NCBI RefSeq assembly: GCF_964204645.1
Contig: NC_134032.1
Span: 1,918,416-1,982,415 of the forward strand
Source: Tubulanus polymorphus
Lineage: Eukaryota > Animalia > Nemertea
Length of the DNA: 64,000 bases
Direction: 5' to 3'
Shown here one piece after another: positions 13,200-36,739 of this stretch (positions within the stretch are counted from its first letter, which is position 1; every line of letters begins with the position of its first letter). A program made the position numbers and the translations under genes. The notes beneath the pieces were generated by a model. The model did no database searches, was not told the origin of the DNA, and saw only the letters and a list, made by a program, of their open reading frames with translations.

Positions 13200-16100
13200 T
13201 TACCATGAATAGTGATTTAATCATGACTAATGATTAAATTACGCTTTTTAAAATCAGTTGTTTCAGGGACCTGTTGCTCTAAGGTTGGTTGAAGATTGCC
13301 GTTTTAGCTCAAACAAATCAGAAAAATGATGACGACCTATCATATTCATACTAGTATGACCTCCCGATTTCAAACGAATCCTAGGCTTCTATTACTGGAA
13401 GAACCACGCGATGTATTGAGTATTTACTCTGCGATTGATCGCCAATGCTTTAATCATTCATGTTCCCGATAATTGTTCTAATTGGCAAGGGGATTCGCGC
13501 GACCATGCGGTTACTTGCCCGTTACTCGCTTACTATTTGACCAGCTCGACGACCTTGGGGCTCGAATCGAGAGCGCGTCGCGCGGTGTAAGCGAGACAGT
13601 ACCGCTAACCTCTCGAATTCACCGGAGACACCCGCAATTTCCGCATCATTTCAACTGTGATCGATTGGCCGCGAAGCGATGTATTTGGTTATACGCCAAA
13701 TGAAGAGTTTCACGCTTCGAAGACGTTTTATCGGGTTGTACTAACGAACAAGTTTAAACGTTGGTTCTACAGAGGAGACCAAAGCCCAAAGTATTTTCAA
13801 AGATGTTTCTAGTAACGCTAACAAAAACTAAGTTGAAAGTTTATTGACGCCTTAAAAAGCGAAGCTATTGATTAATATTGTCGACAATTATAGATAATGA
13901 AATATAGAATATAAGATATTAAGCATCAATAAAGTTATTCGGGATTTGAATATCGATAATTAAATTGAATTGGCCGGCGACCAGTCCAGCTCAAAAATAT
14001 TGCTGACGTGTGCACATCCACTCAGAAGTGATGATTGAAATCGATCAAAATTAAAATAAGACTCGTGAAATGTTTAGTTAAGATAAACGTCAAAATTCAC
14101 GATTATATTAGTTATTATGAAACGCAAATATCGATGACGTAGTGCACATCGACTCGCACAGAAACCCTAAAATATCGTATATAGTAGTTCGATAACACTG
14201 ATAATAGAACCTGTAACGGTTTTAACGGTGGCGAAACTGCAGTGGTCGTGCACGTGACGCACAACGGCTATTAACACAAGCTGCTAATTGAAGTTAAATG
14301 TCACACAAGTTGACAGCCATTTCACGCAGATAATTGACACGTTTAAACGATATGTGTGAGGTCAGCGCATAATTGATATGACGTCGTTTTTCTGTTAAAT
14401 GGGGACGAGCTTTTCGGTCAGATGACGGGCACAACAATTGGATAACTCGATGAAATGAAGTTTATTTCATCTTAAATTTTTGTCAGCCTTTATCTATTTT
14501 AGCCACCAACATAACAAAAACGTGACGTCATGTTCTATGATAAACGCAGATTGTTGGTTATGGATTATGTCAGATTGCCATAGTTTGAGAATTTAGCTGG
14601 GATAGACTTCAAATAAATCTAATGAAAAATCCAGCATTGTTGTCCGAATGCACACTGTTGCCACCTGGTGGATTCGAACGCTTCAAAGTCATTTTCCAGA
14701 TCGGCTTCAAAGCGTTTCAGTTCAAGTTTCGAAAAACGAAAAGAGTCTTTCTATATACAGAACAAAACATATAATGAAATCTATGAAATTATATCGTAGC
14801 CACCGTTATAAGTACCGGTATAAAGGTTTAGATGCAAAGCAGCGATAACTGGTTTTCTGCATTATAATTCTTTGCGCACAGGAAAGTACAGGCCGAATGG
14901 TTATACATTTTTCTGTGTTTATTATCGTTTTTAAAAGCAATATTTCGGAATCAGTATTCGCGGAGACTTAAGACTTTTAACAGTTGGACGATGTATCGTG
15001 ATGGCGCTCGAGGGAATAACAATAGGGTTTTCTGCGAAAATGCGGAAAACCCTTAAGAATCAAAAGAAATGGGGTTTTCTGTACGAGCCAAGCTACACCT
15101 AAGCGAGGCCCCTGTAGCATGGACGAGGCGAAATAAAAAAGACTGCTCAAGTTAAGTGTATGGGAAGTGGGTAAGACATGTCCAACGTGTTGACTGTGTA
15201 TTTTCATGGCGACAGAACTACAGTCTTCGATTCATATAAGGTCAGTTGATGAGCGTTAAATCTGTTATATCGTGCCGTGGTAATCCATTCGGAACGTTCA
15301 ACTTCTTGTTCTAAGCGTGTTAATGTAAAAGTCAATTCGTTTGTACTCGACGCCCAATCTCTTTATTCGAGAATCTTGATAATGTTGACTCGTACGTAGC
15401 TGCTATCCCCTCAGAATCAGATCCTCTTCTAGATTGATCTGTACTATCCACGCTATATTGACGGGGTAAATAAATGTTTGTCACGCCGTCCCTCTTAAGC
15501 CGCGGCAGCACATTCGGTCGTAAAATTTCGGCCAACATGGCCGGAAATTTGGAGAGAATGGTGCTTGGAGGTTGATTTTTTTCAAAATCCAATACAGACC
15601 CTATGAAATACGATTTTGCAACCCAGCTTCACTGGATTTTTAGCGATTTCCTCCTGACCTGCGGTATTTTGCTAGTGATGCTAATGCGACCTATTCAAAA
15701 ACAGATTATCGTTTTAAACCTCGAGTTGTAACGACCTTTCACTATAAGAGCATCGTTTAATCTCGAAGCACTTTTGAAAATATGGATTCAAAACGTTGTT
15801 AGAACACATGTTTGTGAAGCATCGCCAGACGATTCGTATTTCAAACTATGAACCTTGACATTCAGCGAGTACCTCCGTTCTAGTCGGCGACCAGAACGGC
15901 CCAGGGTTCACCAAGAACCCACGTGTCTTGTTCTCGTCGCTCACTACCAGAGCAGCTGTGAATGGAGTTTATCAAGAGCCAATTTGTATATTCTAGTTAT
16001 TAAACGCTTGTGCCGCAAGACGTCGCACCTGGCCATACCGAGAAATGGTTGGAGTGTAAAAATCCTAATAAATCGTTATCGTTCTATCAAGGTAAATATC

Positions 16101-17526
16101 TCTGAGTTGATCTGGTTTAGGGACAGCGTGTCAAGGGCTTCGGTTGCTTTTATCGCTGTTATCCGGAGGTTGTAATCAGATGCTTCTTTCGGGTAGTAAA
16201 TGAATTGCGGCGGGCTTAGGGAGGGAGGGGGTATGGGGAGAGGGGAGCGGGGAGTATAATTCTCCTTTGAACGACTACGACTCGTTCCTCTGTTCAAGTT
16301 CTCACTGTGAACAACTGAACGACAACATCACTCCAGTTAACCGCGCTACACGCTCTACTCTAATGACACCCTTTAAGAGATTCTAGTGGTCGCTTTGAGG
16401 CCCGTTAATGGCGCGACGCACGATAAAATAACATTAAAATCATTTAACGCGTGCCAATATCAATGAGTTTTAAGAATACTCGCTTCTGCAAATACGTCGT
16501 TTTGAGATATGTCAAATATTTGCGGCCTGCCGGAATTGAAAGTGAAATAATTTCACCCAGTTAGAATCGGACTAAAGATCTTTGACCAGAACAGATACTA
16601 AATCCGACGATAACTCGATCCAGAGTCAAATTCAAACCACAACCGGTGGACGATTGTTGACGAGGGTCATAAATGGCCAAATACAGGAACGGAGTTTCTT
16701 TTCGTACTTTACACTTGAAACCTGATAAATGTAAATGTTATTCCAAATGACCGCGGTGAACTGATATAAATCCCGGTGTAGAGTTAACGAATTAACCCAC
16801 GGTTAGATCTTTAGAAAAAACAGTTTATTTCTTTACAGTTTCGAGATTAAAACTAAACCTCATCTTCAAGTGGAACGAAAAATACGATAATAAGATAATA
16901 CGATCGTTGTAATTTTGTGTTCCTCTGAAGATGAGGTTTAGTTTAAACTGTGGGTTTTTAGACGTAATTTGAAATGTTATATATACGATCTCAGATATAT
17001 ATTACATGATACGACATCAGTTATGAGCGCGCGCTATTCTCGCTAAATCTCCGGAGCTTTTGAATTAATGCGCGATATTAATTGATACCGAAAGCTTTTA
17101 GTAACGGCGGCAGCACTCCAACTGACATCAGATTCTCATCGAAACCCGGCGGATCATACGCGGACTATTGTGCCCCGTGTTTCCGGATCGGACGCGGACC
17201 CGGCTCCGTATTCCAATCGCGTGTATCGCTTATGATTCGACAACGGCGAGTATCGATCGTAATAATATGGGGAAAGTCGTGGACGTATGAAAGGCCATTT
17301 GTAAGATATCCGGGATAGCGGATAACAGGATATGAAATACAATGTATTTGCCACGAGTAAAGTAGCGACCGTAAATCTACCGAGACTTTACAGACAATTG
17401 CGTAGGTTAAGCAGACCGTAAGCAGACCGTAAGCAGACCGTAAGAACTCGAATGAAGTTGATACAGTTACCTAGACCGAGCATTTAAAACTAGGCAGTCT
17501 ACAGACGAAATGATTGAAATTGATTC

Positions 17527-18230
17527 TCGGCAAGTGAGGATCCACCAGGTGTCACTAGTGTGCAGTAGGACATCATGCACTGCGGCAATAGAGGATTCCA
17601 TTTGGTGGTAATCCACCAGGTGTCTCTAGTGTGCAGTAGGACATCGTCTACTGCGGTAATATATAGGATTCCTCTTATGGCAAGTGAGGATCCACCAGGT
17701 GCCACTAGTGTGCAGTAGGACATCATCTACTGCGGCAATATATAGGATTCCTCTTATGGCAAGTGAGGATCCACCAGGTGTCACTAGTGTGCAGTAGGAC
17801 ATCATCTACTGCGGCAATATATAGGATTCCTCTTATGGCAAGTGAGGATCCACCAGGTGTCACTAGTGTGCAGTAGGACATCATCTACTGCGGCAATAGA
17901 GGATTCCTCTTATGGCAAGTGAGGATCCACCAGGTGCCACTAGTGTGCAGTAGGACATCGTCTACTACGGCAATATAGGATTTATCTTATGGCAAGTAAG
18001 GATCCACCAGGTGTCACTAGTGTGCAGTAGGACATCTTACTGCGGCAATAGAGGATTCCACTTGTGCAAGTGAGGATCCACCAGGTGTCGCCAGTGTGCA
18101 GTAGGACATCAACTACTGCGGCAATAGAGGATTCCACTTGGTGGTAATCCACCAGGTGTCACTAGTGTGCAGTAGGACATAAACTATACTGCGAAATGGA
18201 GATTCCACTTATACGTCCAAGTGATGATCT
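17527..18230. repeat. ~79-bp minisatellite (~9 units)
   Basis: Unit ggcaagtgaggatccaccaggtgtcactagtgtgcagtaggacatcatctactgcggcaatatataggattcctcttat; period 79 (17679, 17758, 17837). A solo related monomer lies at ~19538-19598. Confidence 0.92.
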
Positions 18231-20222
18231 TGTATTTGCTCAATATCATCCGCTTCAATTTTCAATTCTTCTTTTAAATTGTTATTAGAATAGAACTAGC
18301 CTTTCTCCGCGAAGAAAATTGTTCATCAACAAAATCAGTGATAAACGCCCGGCGGAGAATAAGTCATATTATTTTCTACCTTTTCGGAGGCTCCACGCAC
18401 GGTGGCGTTCGGAATGAACTACAGTGAATACGAGTCTTGCGGGTAAAAGTGAAATGGTCAGTATTAAACGAGCGTATCCAGATCTTCATTGATACAAATA
18501 TCTGGGACGCGCTTCATTACGATAGTCATCCCTACGCTATCGCACTGAAGGGAATTGCATACGCGAACCTCGTTAATGCGAGTCTTGTGGGCAAAAGTAA
18601 GATTGCCGTATATTAAACGGGTTTTGAATTATCCAAAGCCTAATTGGTAGAGATATCTATATAGCTGGGACAAGCGAGAAACCATCCTAATAAATGGGTT
18701 ACGTCTTAAACAGAATCGCATTAACGAGGTTCACTGTACTAATGTCTGTTTTAACGTGACATCCACATCAGCCGGCCTAGCTTGGTCAGTTGTGGTGGTG
18801 CGAACGTAATAAAAATCCTATTAGGACCAGATGGCAGTTGACCTAAAACATTGATTTTTAATCCACTTTAACACTGTATTGACCGAGCTAGGCCAACTGA
18901 TGTGCTCTCAAGTCAAGTTGAAATAGACATAAGCTGCACACTAAGAAGGTTCCTCTTCCCGCGATCAACTTCTTTTGATTATTAAGAGATCGATTTTTTC
19001 CGAACGAATTTAACGATCTTATTGATTGATACAACTTAAGATCGGTTTCGTATCGAGTTTGGAAATATGGCGAGCTCATTTGGATACTAAGGCCGTGGCG
19101 CAGGTGTTGCGGGTGTCCGCGGTGGTGTCCTCCTCGAAGCTGTCACGCTTAATTACACGAAGCGCAGATGGCGGTAAGTCGCATGTGTGTACTTATTGTG
19201 TGAGCTACCACTTCCGGTGCGGATCAGCACGGTTTCCAATTATGCGCAGTCACGTGGGAATATCCAGTCACGTGGCATGCTAGCGAGTGTCTCGTGACAT
19301 TCTACCGCCCGCCTAAAGTGCGATATAGATTCATTCCGTATATTTTCCCCACGTGCTAGAAATCTGTTCTGCTCGTTTCCAATAAGGGAATCGCACTTTT
19401 CGATTCAATTATATATGAGATTTTAAAAATAGCCCTAGAATTTTAAGTCGAAACGTCGGATTCCCTAAAAGTTTTTTTTTCATCTTATTGCGGATCTTGC
19501 ATTTAATGGCGTCTCGAATATATGCTAATACAACAAGTAGAGGATTCCACACTTGTGGCAAGTGAGGATCCGCCAGGAGCGCTAATGTGCAGTAGGATAT
19601 CTCAATAAAAGAGAGGGCGATATTCTGATGAAATGCGATAGAATTTCGTTTCGGTGGCGAGATGACAAACACAACAGTCGGTTAGATTTATAATACAAAT
19701 CATCGCTTAGCAGACATATGAGTATAGATAACCATAAATACAAAAGCCAGGGCCCGATTTTATAGACTGGTATCAACTTTAACCCGGGGGTTAACTTGAC
19801 TGAAAATGAAATGAGTCAGCCCCTCGGGGTTAAAGTTAATACCAGTCTATAAAACCGACCCCAAGAGTACATGCTTAAACCGGTACTAATTTCAAAACGT
19901 AGTATTTTGCATTTTAATGAACTCGCGCTCGCGATTTCAACGCGCAGCGGCCTGAACGATGTATTAATACATAGTAATCGCCTTAATTCTAGTGTCACAG
20001 GTCGCGCGCCGTTCGTTAAAAATGCACCACTTATAGTTTTTATCAGTTAGAAATAAATCGAGCGATAAATAGATGAATATGTATCTAACGCCGGCGACTT
20101 CAAGAGGCGCGTTCACGCTACACGGTAGACTCCGCCCGAGTCGGATCCGATCAACCCAGATAACCGTAAAACACGGACGCTTGTTTAGATATCTTTGCGA
20201 CACATGAAACACAGTCAATATC

Positions 20223-20539
20223 ACGAGAAGATACACAATATCCGTGTATGATGATGACGAGAGAAATCCCACGATAACGAAGCCAAGATTGAGAAATTCT
20301 ATATCAGAATGATTGTATTTGAGGAGCGACGTTTTGGCTAACAACTGTTAGCCATCATCAGACGTACAACTGTTAGCCATCATCAGGCGTACAACTGTTA
20401 GCCATCATCAGGCGTACTGAAATACAACCATTCGCTCCTCAAATACAACCATTCTGATATAGAATTTTTCAAATCTTGGCTTCGTTATCGTGGGATTTCT
20501 CTCGTCGTCATCATACACGGATATTGTGTATCTTCTCGT
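20223..20539. mobile_element. Fold-back Penelope-like terminal relic: ~105-bp inverted arms around 25-bp repeats with a defective hammerhead
   Basis: 20223-20328 is the inverted repeat of 20433-20539. The minus strand reads CTGATGA-T-GGCTAAC(AGTT)GTTAGCC-AAAAC-GTC. Same family as 33076-33237. Confidence 0.6.
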
Positions 20540-21494
20540 CTAAACAGTCAATATAAATAGTCGGACACGTTTTCACGGTCCAAAAAGATGCGAGTTGCGA
20601 GAAGTCCACAGCTAGTACGTTATTTAGAACGGTCTAAAACTAGTCGGTACCAAAGCGGAACGGACCAAGCGTCCACGCTAGCGAAAAGTCCGTTACAAAT
20701 TGATCCGTTCCGAAATTCCGAAATTTGGACCGATCCAGGATCCAGTTCCCCAGTCATGAGTTAGAGTTAACTCTGAGTTGAAATCAGTTCATTTTCGATG
20801 AGTTAACTCTCGATTCAAATCTTAACTCTTAATCTCACAACTGTGGAACTGAGTCCTGAATACTAAATTCTTGAATGGACTAAATCTGTGCGTGCGGACA
20901 GAGACAAGTTCCAGGTTCGTTCTGAATCGTGTTCCGCAGTTTGAATTCAATTGTAACATGATTCAGATTTCATATAATATCTAAATACTGCCAGAAATAT
21001 CAACGTATAATTTAACGCAATATCATTCACCTTAAAAATCTTAAAGTCTAATGCGTGGTGGTGCTCACGCGATTCTAGTATCCGTTTTAATTGTTTTGAA
21101 AATGTCCTCAAATTTACCATAGATTGAAGATGTGTTTGCTATGATGAACTGCAAACGTCAAATATATAAACATTCATAAATCTATCATTTCCTAATTATG
21201 TACCTCGATTTAAACAGAAAAAAAGAATATTCTGTAAATTTGACTATATCTGTACTTCGATTTCGCCGATTTCAAAATCGAACCACCTGTTTCGCTCCCG
21301 GTACAGGCGTGGTGGGTTTATAAGAGACACCAAATAAAAAACAAAATCATACGAAATCTTCCAATCGACAAAGTCAATCCCTATTTTAAGATTTAAAGAA
21401 ATATCATAAATTTCAATTACAGGAATGACGAAAAATTTGAAAAGTTGACGTTTATCCGTCTGCTGGTGTGTTCAAGTCGGGCCCGTTAACCGTA

Positions 21495-21694
21495 AGGCTA
21501 AAAAAATTGATTGAGCTTAAATGTTGACCCGGCCGGCCGCCTATCTACCCTATACATTACTTTTTTTAAAATCGTGATCAATTTTACCATAACAGACCCG
21601 GCCGCTATAGAAATGAACTGTTTATAAATTTTATCATATTTTACAAAAATGACCCGGCCGCTGCGGAGAAACAAGGTATCATTTTTGTTTAGCC
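21495..21694. mobile_element. AGGCTA-terminated MITE family (gacccggccggccgcc motif)
   Basis: Related copies at ~23458-23670, 24165-24333, 25718-25935, 33510-33732 (inverted) and 45498-45707, most with aggct...agcct ends. Confidence 0.7.
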
Positions 21695-24600
21695 TAAATC
21701 ACGACCGTTGAAAATATGAATATTTTTACAAAATTCTTTTCACTACCGAGATTTTGATGGAAAAGAATGTCACGTGTATTTAAAATCTGCTGATACAACG
21801 GGTTTTTTTCGTCTGCAGGTCTAACGTTCTTATCACGTGATCGCAAATTTGAAATTCAAAGCCACGACGATTTTCTTCTCATCGAAATCCCGTGGAAAAG
21901 GAAATTATATCGATTTAAGATATGAAATTACGTCTCATCGCTGTTTTCTTTTTCGGAATAACGAACTCGCGGATGTTGATAAGTTAAAAATAACGTGTTT
22001 TTGCGCCTACCTTCGGGATTTTGCGGTTGATTGTTCTGCGCGGTAAAAAAGAACCGTTGGTCGATGACAGTTAAATCCAGCTGTAGTTTTGTAGTGGTAG
22101 AGTCGAACCGGCTTCCCGCGCGCGTCCTGCCGACTGAGTGAGGCGTGTGTCTCTACGCGCGCGCGCGCTGTGCAGCGGCCGGAACTAAAAGCGCGCGCCG
22201 ACCGAATCACTGATTCCTCGCGCTAATACCAACCGCAGCTGACAACAAATTGTTGCGCCTCGAATGTAATCCCAAGCGATATAATGTACATGTACTACAG
22301 CGCGGGCGGGTCCGAGGGGGAGGGGGTCGCATAATATGTCCGCAAATGTTTTGGATTTCTGAGACGCATTCTCATGTTAATAAATGGCGCTCCTAGAGTT
22401 GGGTCGCCCGGCTCATGCAATATGTATACATTACCCTCATAGGTGGAAAGGTGGATCCCTATTTTTTCTGAATCCTTTAAGGGAGGGGGCAACTCGTGAA
22501 CCCCCCTCCCTGAATCAGTCCCTGTCGCCCTGACTGTAAACCGAATTCCCTGTCAGTTAGGGTCGTATCCGATGTGTTGTTACTCCACACGACCTCCATG
22601 TATGAACGCAGAAGTTTTATCTTAAAATAGGGAATAACCTATTATCGATTTGATTGGTAGATTTTGTTTGCTATTTTGATTTGGTATCCCTTATTACAAG
22701 TTCACCACACCTGCCGGGAGTGGCTCATCTGGTTGGATAGCTGATGTTGCCGTTCCTCACTTTCTAAAGGCACTTGATGCAAATCGTGACATTGCGAGGC
22801 GCAATACTTAAAGGCGGATTACGATTGATTCGCTGTTCAAAAACCATAGTCAGTTGTTGTCGGGGTCGGGTATCAATTCGGCGTGTTCCACCAAGTGTTA
22901 AAGCTGGTCTATTGGTCTTAGTAACCATGCCCCACATTTTAGTTTCGCGGGTCACGTATAACGGTTTTCCATGCATTACCCGGAGTCAAGAAGATACACA
23001 ATATCCGGGCTTGATGAATAACTATAGAGAAATTCAACAATAGATTCAGCCAAAAATGAATCGTTCTATAATGAAATGATATTCAGTTCATTTCATTTTG
23101 TACTCATACGCCTCATGATGGCTAATACCCGCCTAGTATTTAGCCGAAACCCTGCTCGAAATGTAAACCATTTAGCTATAGAACTTTTCATTTTTAGCTA
23201 AATCTATTGTGGGATTAGACCCCGTCTCTAAAACCGGCTATCAAAAAGTTATCGCGCAGATGAATCATACGACAGCGACATACGTTAGTCGCGCAACTTC
23301 CTTTTTGATGAGTGCCCCCGCACTTATTAGTTACAGTAGTCCGCGTTAATTCGGGATCATTTGGGACCAACGAAATTCATTCGGTTTACGGAAAATCCGC
23401 AATAAAAGTCATTTTCTTGTATATTCATGAAAAAGGACTGTCAATATTGTCCAGGTTAGGCTAGAAAACGTCGATGCCTTGTAAGTAACTCATTTCTGCT
23501 AAGCTTAAAAGTTGACCCGGCCGGCCGCCTACCTACCCTGTACATTACTTTTCTCTAAATCATGATCAAGCTAACCATAACAGACCCGGCCGCTAAAGAA
23601 ATGAACTGTTTACAAATTCTAATATATTTTACAAAAATGCGGGGAAACAAGGTATCATTTTTGTTTAGCCTTACGCCAGAATCTGCATTAAAAACCAAAC
23701 CGAACCAAGCAGATTTGGCTATATACATATAATATTGAAAAAGAAACGTTATAGTAAACCTACCAGTTACAGCAGCCGTAGTCCAGCTACAATCCGGGTC
23801 GCGGTAGTCGCAGCTGTCCGGTCGTCCAACACGTGGTCACAGGCCAGTGAGAATCTAATAATAGGGCGGCGGGAAGCGCGTCACTGTTGCGTTCGACCGG
23901 CTACACACAGACATCACAGGCGGCGAAACCGGGACACGTAACCGTACGATTCATATGTTCGTATAGTACGTAATACTAAAACAGATGTATTGATTGTCGA
24001 TTTGAACCCCGGACACACTAGTCGGTGCGTCTGGGCGTAATTAGATAACCGTTAATTAATACCTAACCGATACGAACACATCCCTATACATGTTATCGAG
24101 GTACGTGTATGTGATACGCTGTGATATATGTTTCATTACGATAACGCTACGAATCGATACCTCGTCCCGGCCGGCCGCCTACTTGACCTTACTTGAAAAA
24201 AAATCACGATCAAGCTAACAATAACAGACCCGACAGCTGCAGAAACGAACCGCTTACAAATGTTTTAATGCATTTTTTGTTTCAAAATGACCAGCCCGAT
24301 TTAGGAGAAAGAGGCTTTCGTTTTATCTCAGCCTAAAATCATCTATTAACCTCCGAGTATCCAATGATTACTCAATAGTTTACACAAGGTACAATAACAA
24401 TATTGATTAGTTATATCGAAGTTATATGGTATAATTAATGAGTGCCTATCATTAAGCCTGAAGGCTGTGAACAATAAACGGAAGAGTGCTGCTTCAATTA
24501 TTGAAATCAAATCCGTATAGTCAATTAGCTTTTACTGTTTAGATTCAAGGCCGCCCACATCGACTCGAAACGCGAATATCCTACCGCACAAATTAGAATT

Positions 24601-24700
24601 GTCGAGATTCGAGCCTTGCCTTCACTTAGGGTGACCTACGAGCAATTATCTAAAATTATCTTTAGATAATTGCCTTTTTTTCGCTGTCAAACTGACTGAC

Positions 24701-24873
24701 TTCTGACATCACGTAAGAGACAGCGTTGAGATGGGAACGTACTCGGACAGTTGATGCCGTGTTGGACTTATCTGCGCAGCTGTTTGAATTTCGGCCGTCC
24801 GTCGACGACGATCACGCGGAACTTTCTACCGCTGTTCGACGCGTCGCGCAAAACCTTCTTGATGACGGACGAA
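24701..24873 (-). pseudogene. EIF2B4: Orphan decayed exon of translation initiation factor eIF2B delta
   Basis: Acceptor tttttgtag, then SSVIKKVLRDASNSGRKFRVIVVDGRPKF..LRR*VQHGINC..(frameshifts)..NAVSYVMSE, then donor gtcagt. It resembles the eIF2B-delta segment FRVVVVDSRP...AASYVLPE. In-frame TAA and indels; no other exons found in the window. Confidence 0.7.
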
Positions 24874-26157
24874 CTACAAAAAAATCGGTCAGAAAAATGT
24901 AGAGTGTCAATGCGCTTCTGTAGCCCCAACCCCTTCAGAAGATCGCCTTTACACAACCCCTTCAGAAGATCGCCTTTTCAACGGCGCAGTCTGGACGAAC
25001 ACATTTTCACAAAATGGTGAATGTCAGTCTATTGATGGCCCGACGTGACAACCTAAACCAATTTCAAATAAAAATGTCTGGGAGGGGGGGGGGGGCGAAC
25101 ATGTTTTGGGAAAATGTTGAATATCTGTCTAGCTTGTCTGGGAGGTGTGGACAGGACAGCGCTAGGTTGATAGAAGTGGGGCCCGTGAGAACTTCTCTGA
25201 ACTGGATCAGTTTTCTGCAGGTAATCAGAGTACGACGACATCTTTAATTGAGTCTTGATTAGTTTCGACGGCACATTTCACTTCCTACACGCGCGACATT
25301 AACGAGCGAGACGCGGTTCCGCCACGAGTGAGACTGGTTCCGACTCGAGTGCGACTGGTTCCGACGCGTTGCTAGGCATCAGGCACAGACGACCGGAAAC
25401 AGACTATTTGCTTCCGGTCGGCGTCAGTCTAATTTTTCTCTCCGCTCGAAATGAACAACGATTCGTCGATTCGTTCCGAGGTCTCTATAGAGCGCATAGT
25501 TTTTTTAAGTTTTGTACCCCATCACCAACACCGAATTCAAATGACTGCTTCAACTTGCGTAGAATTACTCATGCGTAGAATTACTCATTTCTCTTTAATT
25601 ATCGTACAAATTTACACCGGTACAGTATTAATCAAATCGTTCGGTATAAAAATCACGTTACGACGATTTCAAAGCCATTTACATTTGAAAGCTTACACTC
25701 TTTTATAGATAACAATAAGGCTAGAAAATTGAAACCTAGTTTCTAATTTATGCTGAGCTTATCAAAAGTTGACCCGGCCGGCCGCCTATCTACCCCGTAC
25801 ATTAATTACTTTTTGGATTTCTTTAAAGGGGGTCATACCCGACGGTATAGAAATGAACCGATTACAAATTCTATTGCACTATATAAAATGTAATTACCGG
25901 CGGATTTGGAGAAAAAAGGTCCCATTTTTTAGCCTAACATATAAAATTTGTATGAAACTTAGACACTTATTCATTTTATGGGTTTTATTGGTTATCACGT
26001 GGTATCGGCGTGATTTCGGCGGTATCACGTGTGTATAGCCGTAGCAGTGTCACGTGACTCTCAACGAACGGTGGACAGGTTCTTGTCGTCGGCGTCGCGC
26101 GTAAAACGCGAGAACGGTACGAGAGATACCGACATTCTACACTTTGTCGCAACAGAA

Positions 26158-26243
26158 CGCGTAGAGCGCAACGTTCTCAGGATCCGAACTGTTCTCGCGT
26201 GAGAGAATTTGAGCCCGAATCCGTCATAAAGCGCTCGCACGCG
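26158..26243 (-). promoter_or_regulatory. SECIS element (type II) in the selenoprotein U 3' UTR
   Basis: Minus strand: cgcgtgcgagcgc-ttt-ATGAC-GGATTCGGGCT-C-AAA-TTCTC(tcacgc)GAGAA-C-AGTTCGGATCC-TGAG-aacgtt-gcgctctacgcg. This gives helix I, the AUGA/GA core, an 11-bp helix II, unpaired AAA and an apical mini-stem. AATAAA follows at 25984-25989. Confidence 0.92.
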
Positions 26244-26784
26244 CTCGTTAACAGCTCGTTAGAATCGACGGTATCCAGTACCGAGTTTAAACGTTTTACA
26301 CGCGCCGTCGAATACAAAATAATATTTCAGGTGGTATGACGTCAAAAATACGTGATAATGACGTCATATCACAAAGCTAATATCTTTTCTTGAAAGATGG
26401 GGGTCATGTTTCTATCTGTTGATAGTACATTTATGGGGTCTAAAGTCATCCAGAAAAAAGTTATTGTTACTTCATGGCGGCCATTTTGAATTTATGAAAA
26501 TTAGGACCCTTGGATCTAAAGGATTTTGAATTTTATGATCAGAACCATCATATGAACTGTTTAAAACGAAGAAACCTTCTGTAGCAACTTAGTCTAGGTC
26601 TTTCGTATTTTTACTGGACTAAACCGCAGTTAGAATCGAGTACCGAGTTAAAAACGTTTTACACGCGCCGCGCAACTACATAAACAGGAAATAGGAACCT
26701 GTCAATATCGCGGAACAGTTGACTAGTAATCGGAACAGAGGTTAGGCCGCTATATACAGCGACGATCCTTGAGTTAGATACGTT

Positions 26785-27053
26785 AGGCCATCCCAAAATA
26801 AAATAAATCGTCTGTTTGCCACAACAACGACTCAAGTTTTCAGGATGAGTCGGTAGATAGGTAGAAATATTTTTTTTGGCATAAAGTTTAGGGCAAAAAA
26901 ACAAATTCATCACCTTTTTTACATGGAAACAATATCAACAGTAAAATTTATTTCAATGAATCCCCCCCCCAAAAAAGTTACATTTTAAACTCGGTACATT
27001 TGAAGTCGGGTCGGTCGGGTTACGGCAAACGGACTATTATTTCGGGATGGCCT
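26785..27053. mobile_element. MITE inserted in the selenoprotein U 3' UTR
   Basis: TIRs aggccatcccaaaataa...gtttgcc / ggcaaac...ttatttcgggatggcct. Confidence 0.65.
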
Positions 27054-27159
27054 TGTTGATAGCTTAGAATTTTAGAAAGTGGGTTGCATAGCTTTGGCTT
27101 TTCGCGCCGCACAAAATACGTTTCATTCAGTAACTAAAGTAAATATTGTCTTTCTTTCA

Positions 27160-36739
<9,580 letters not shown>

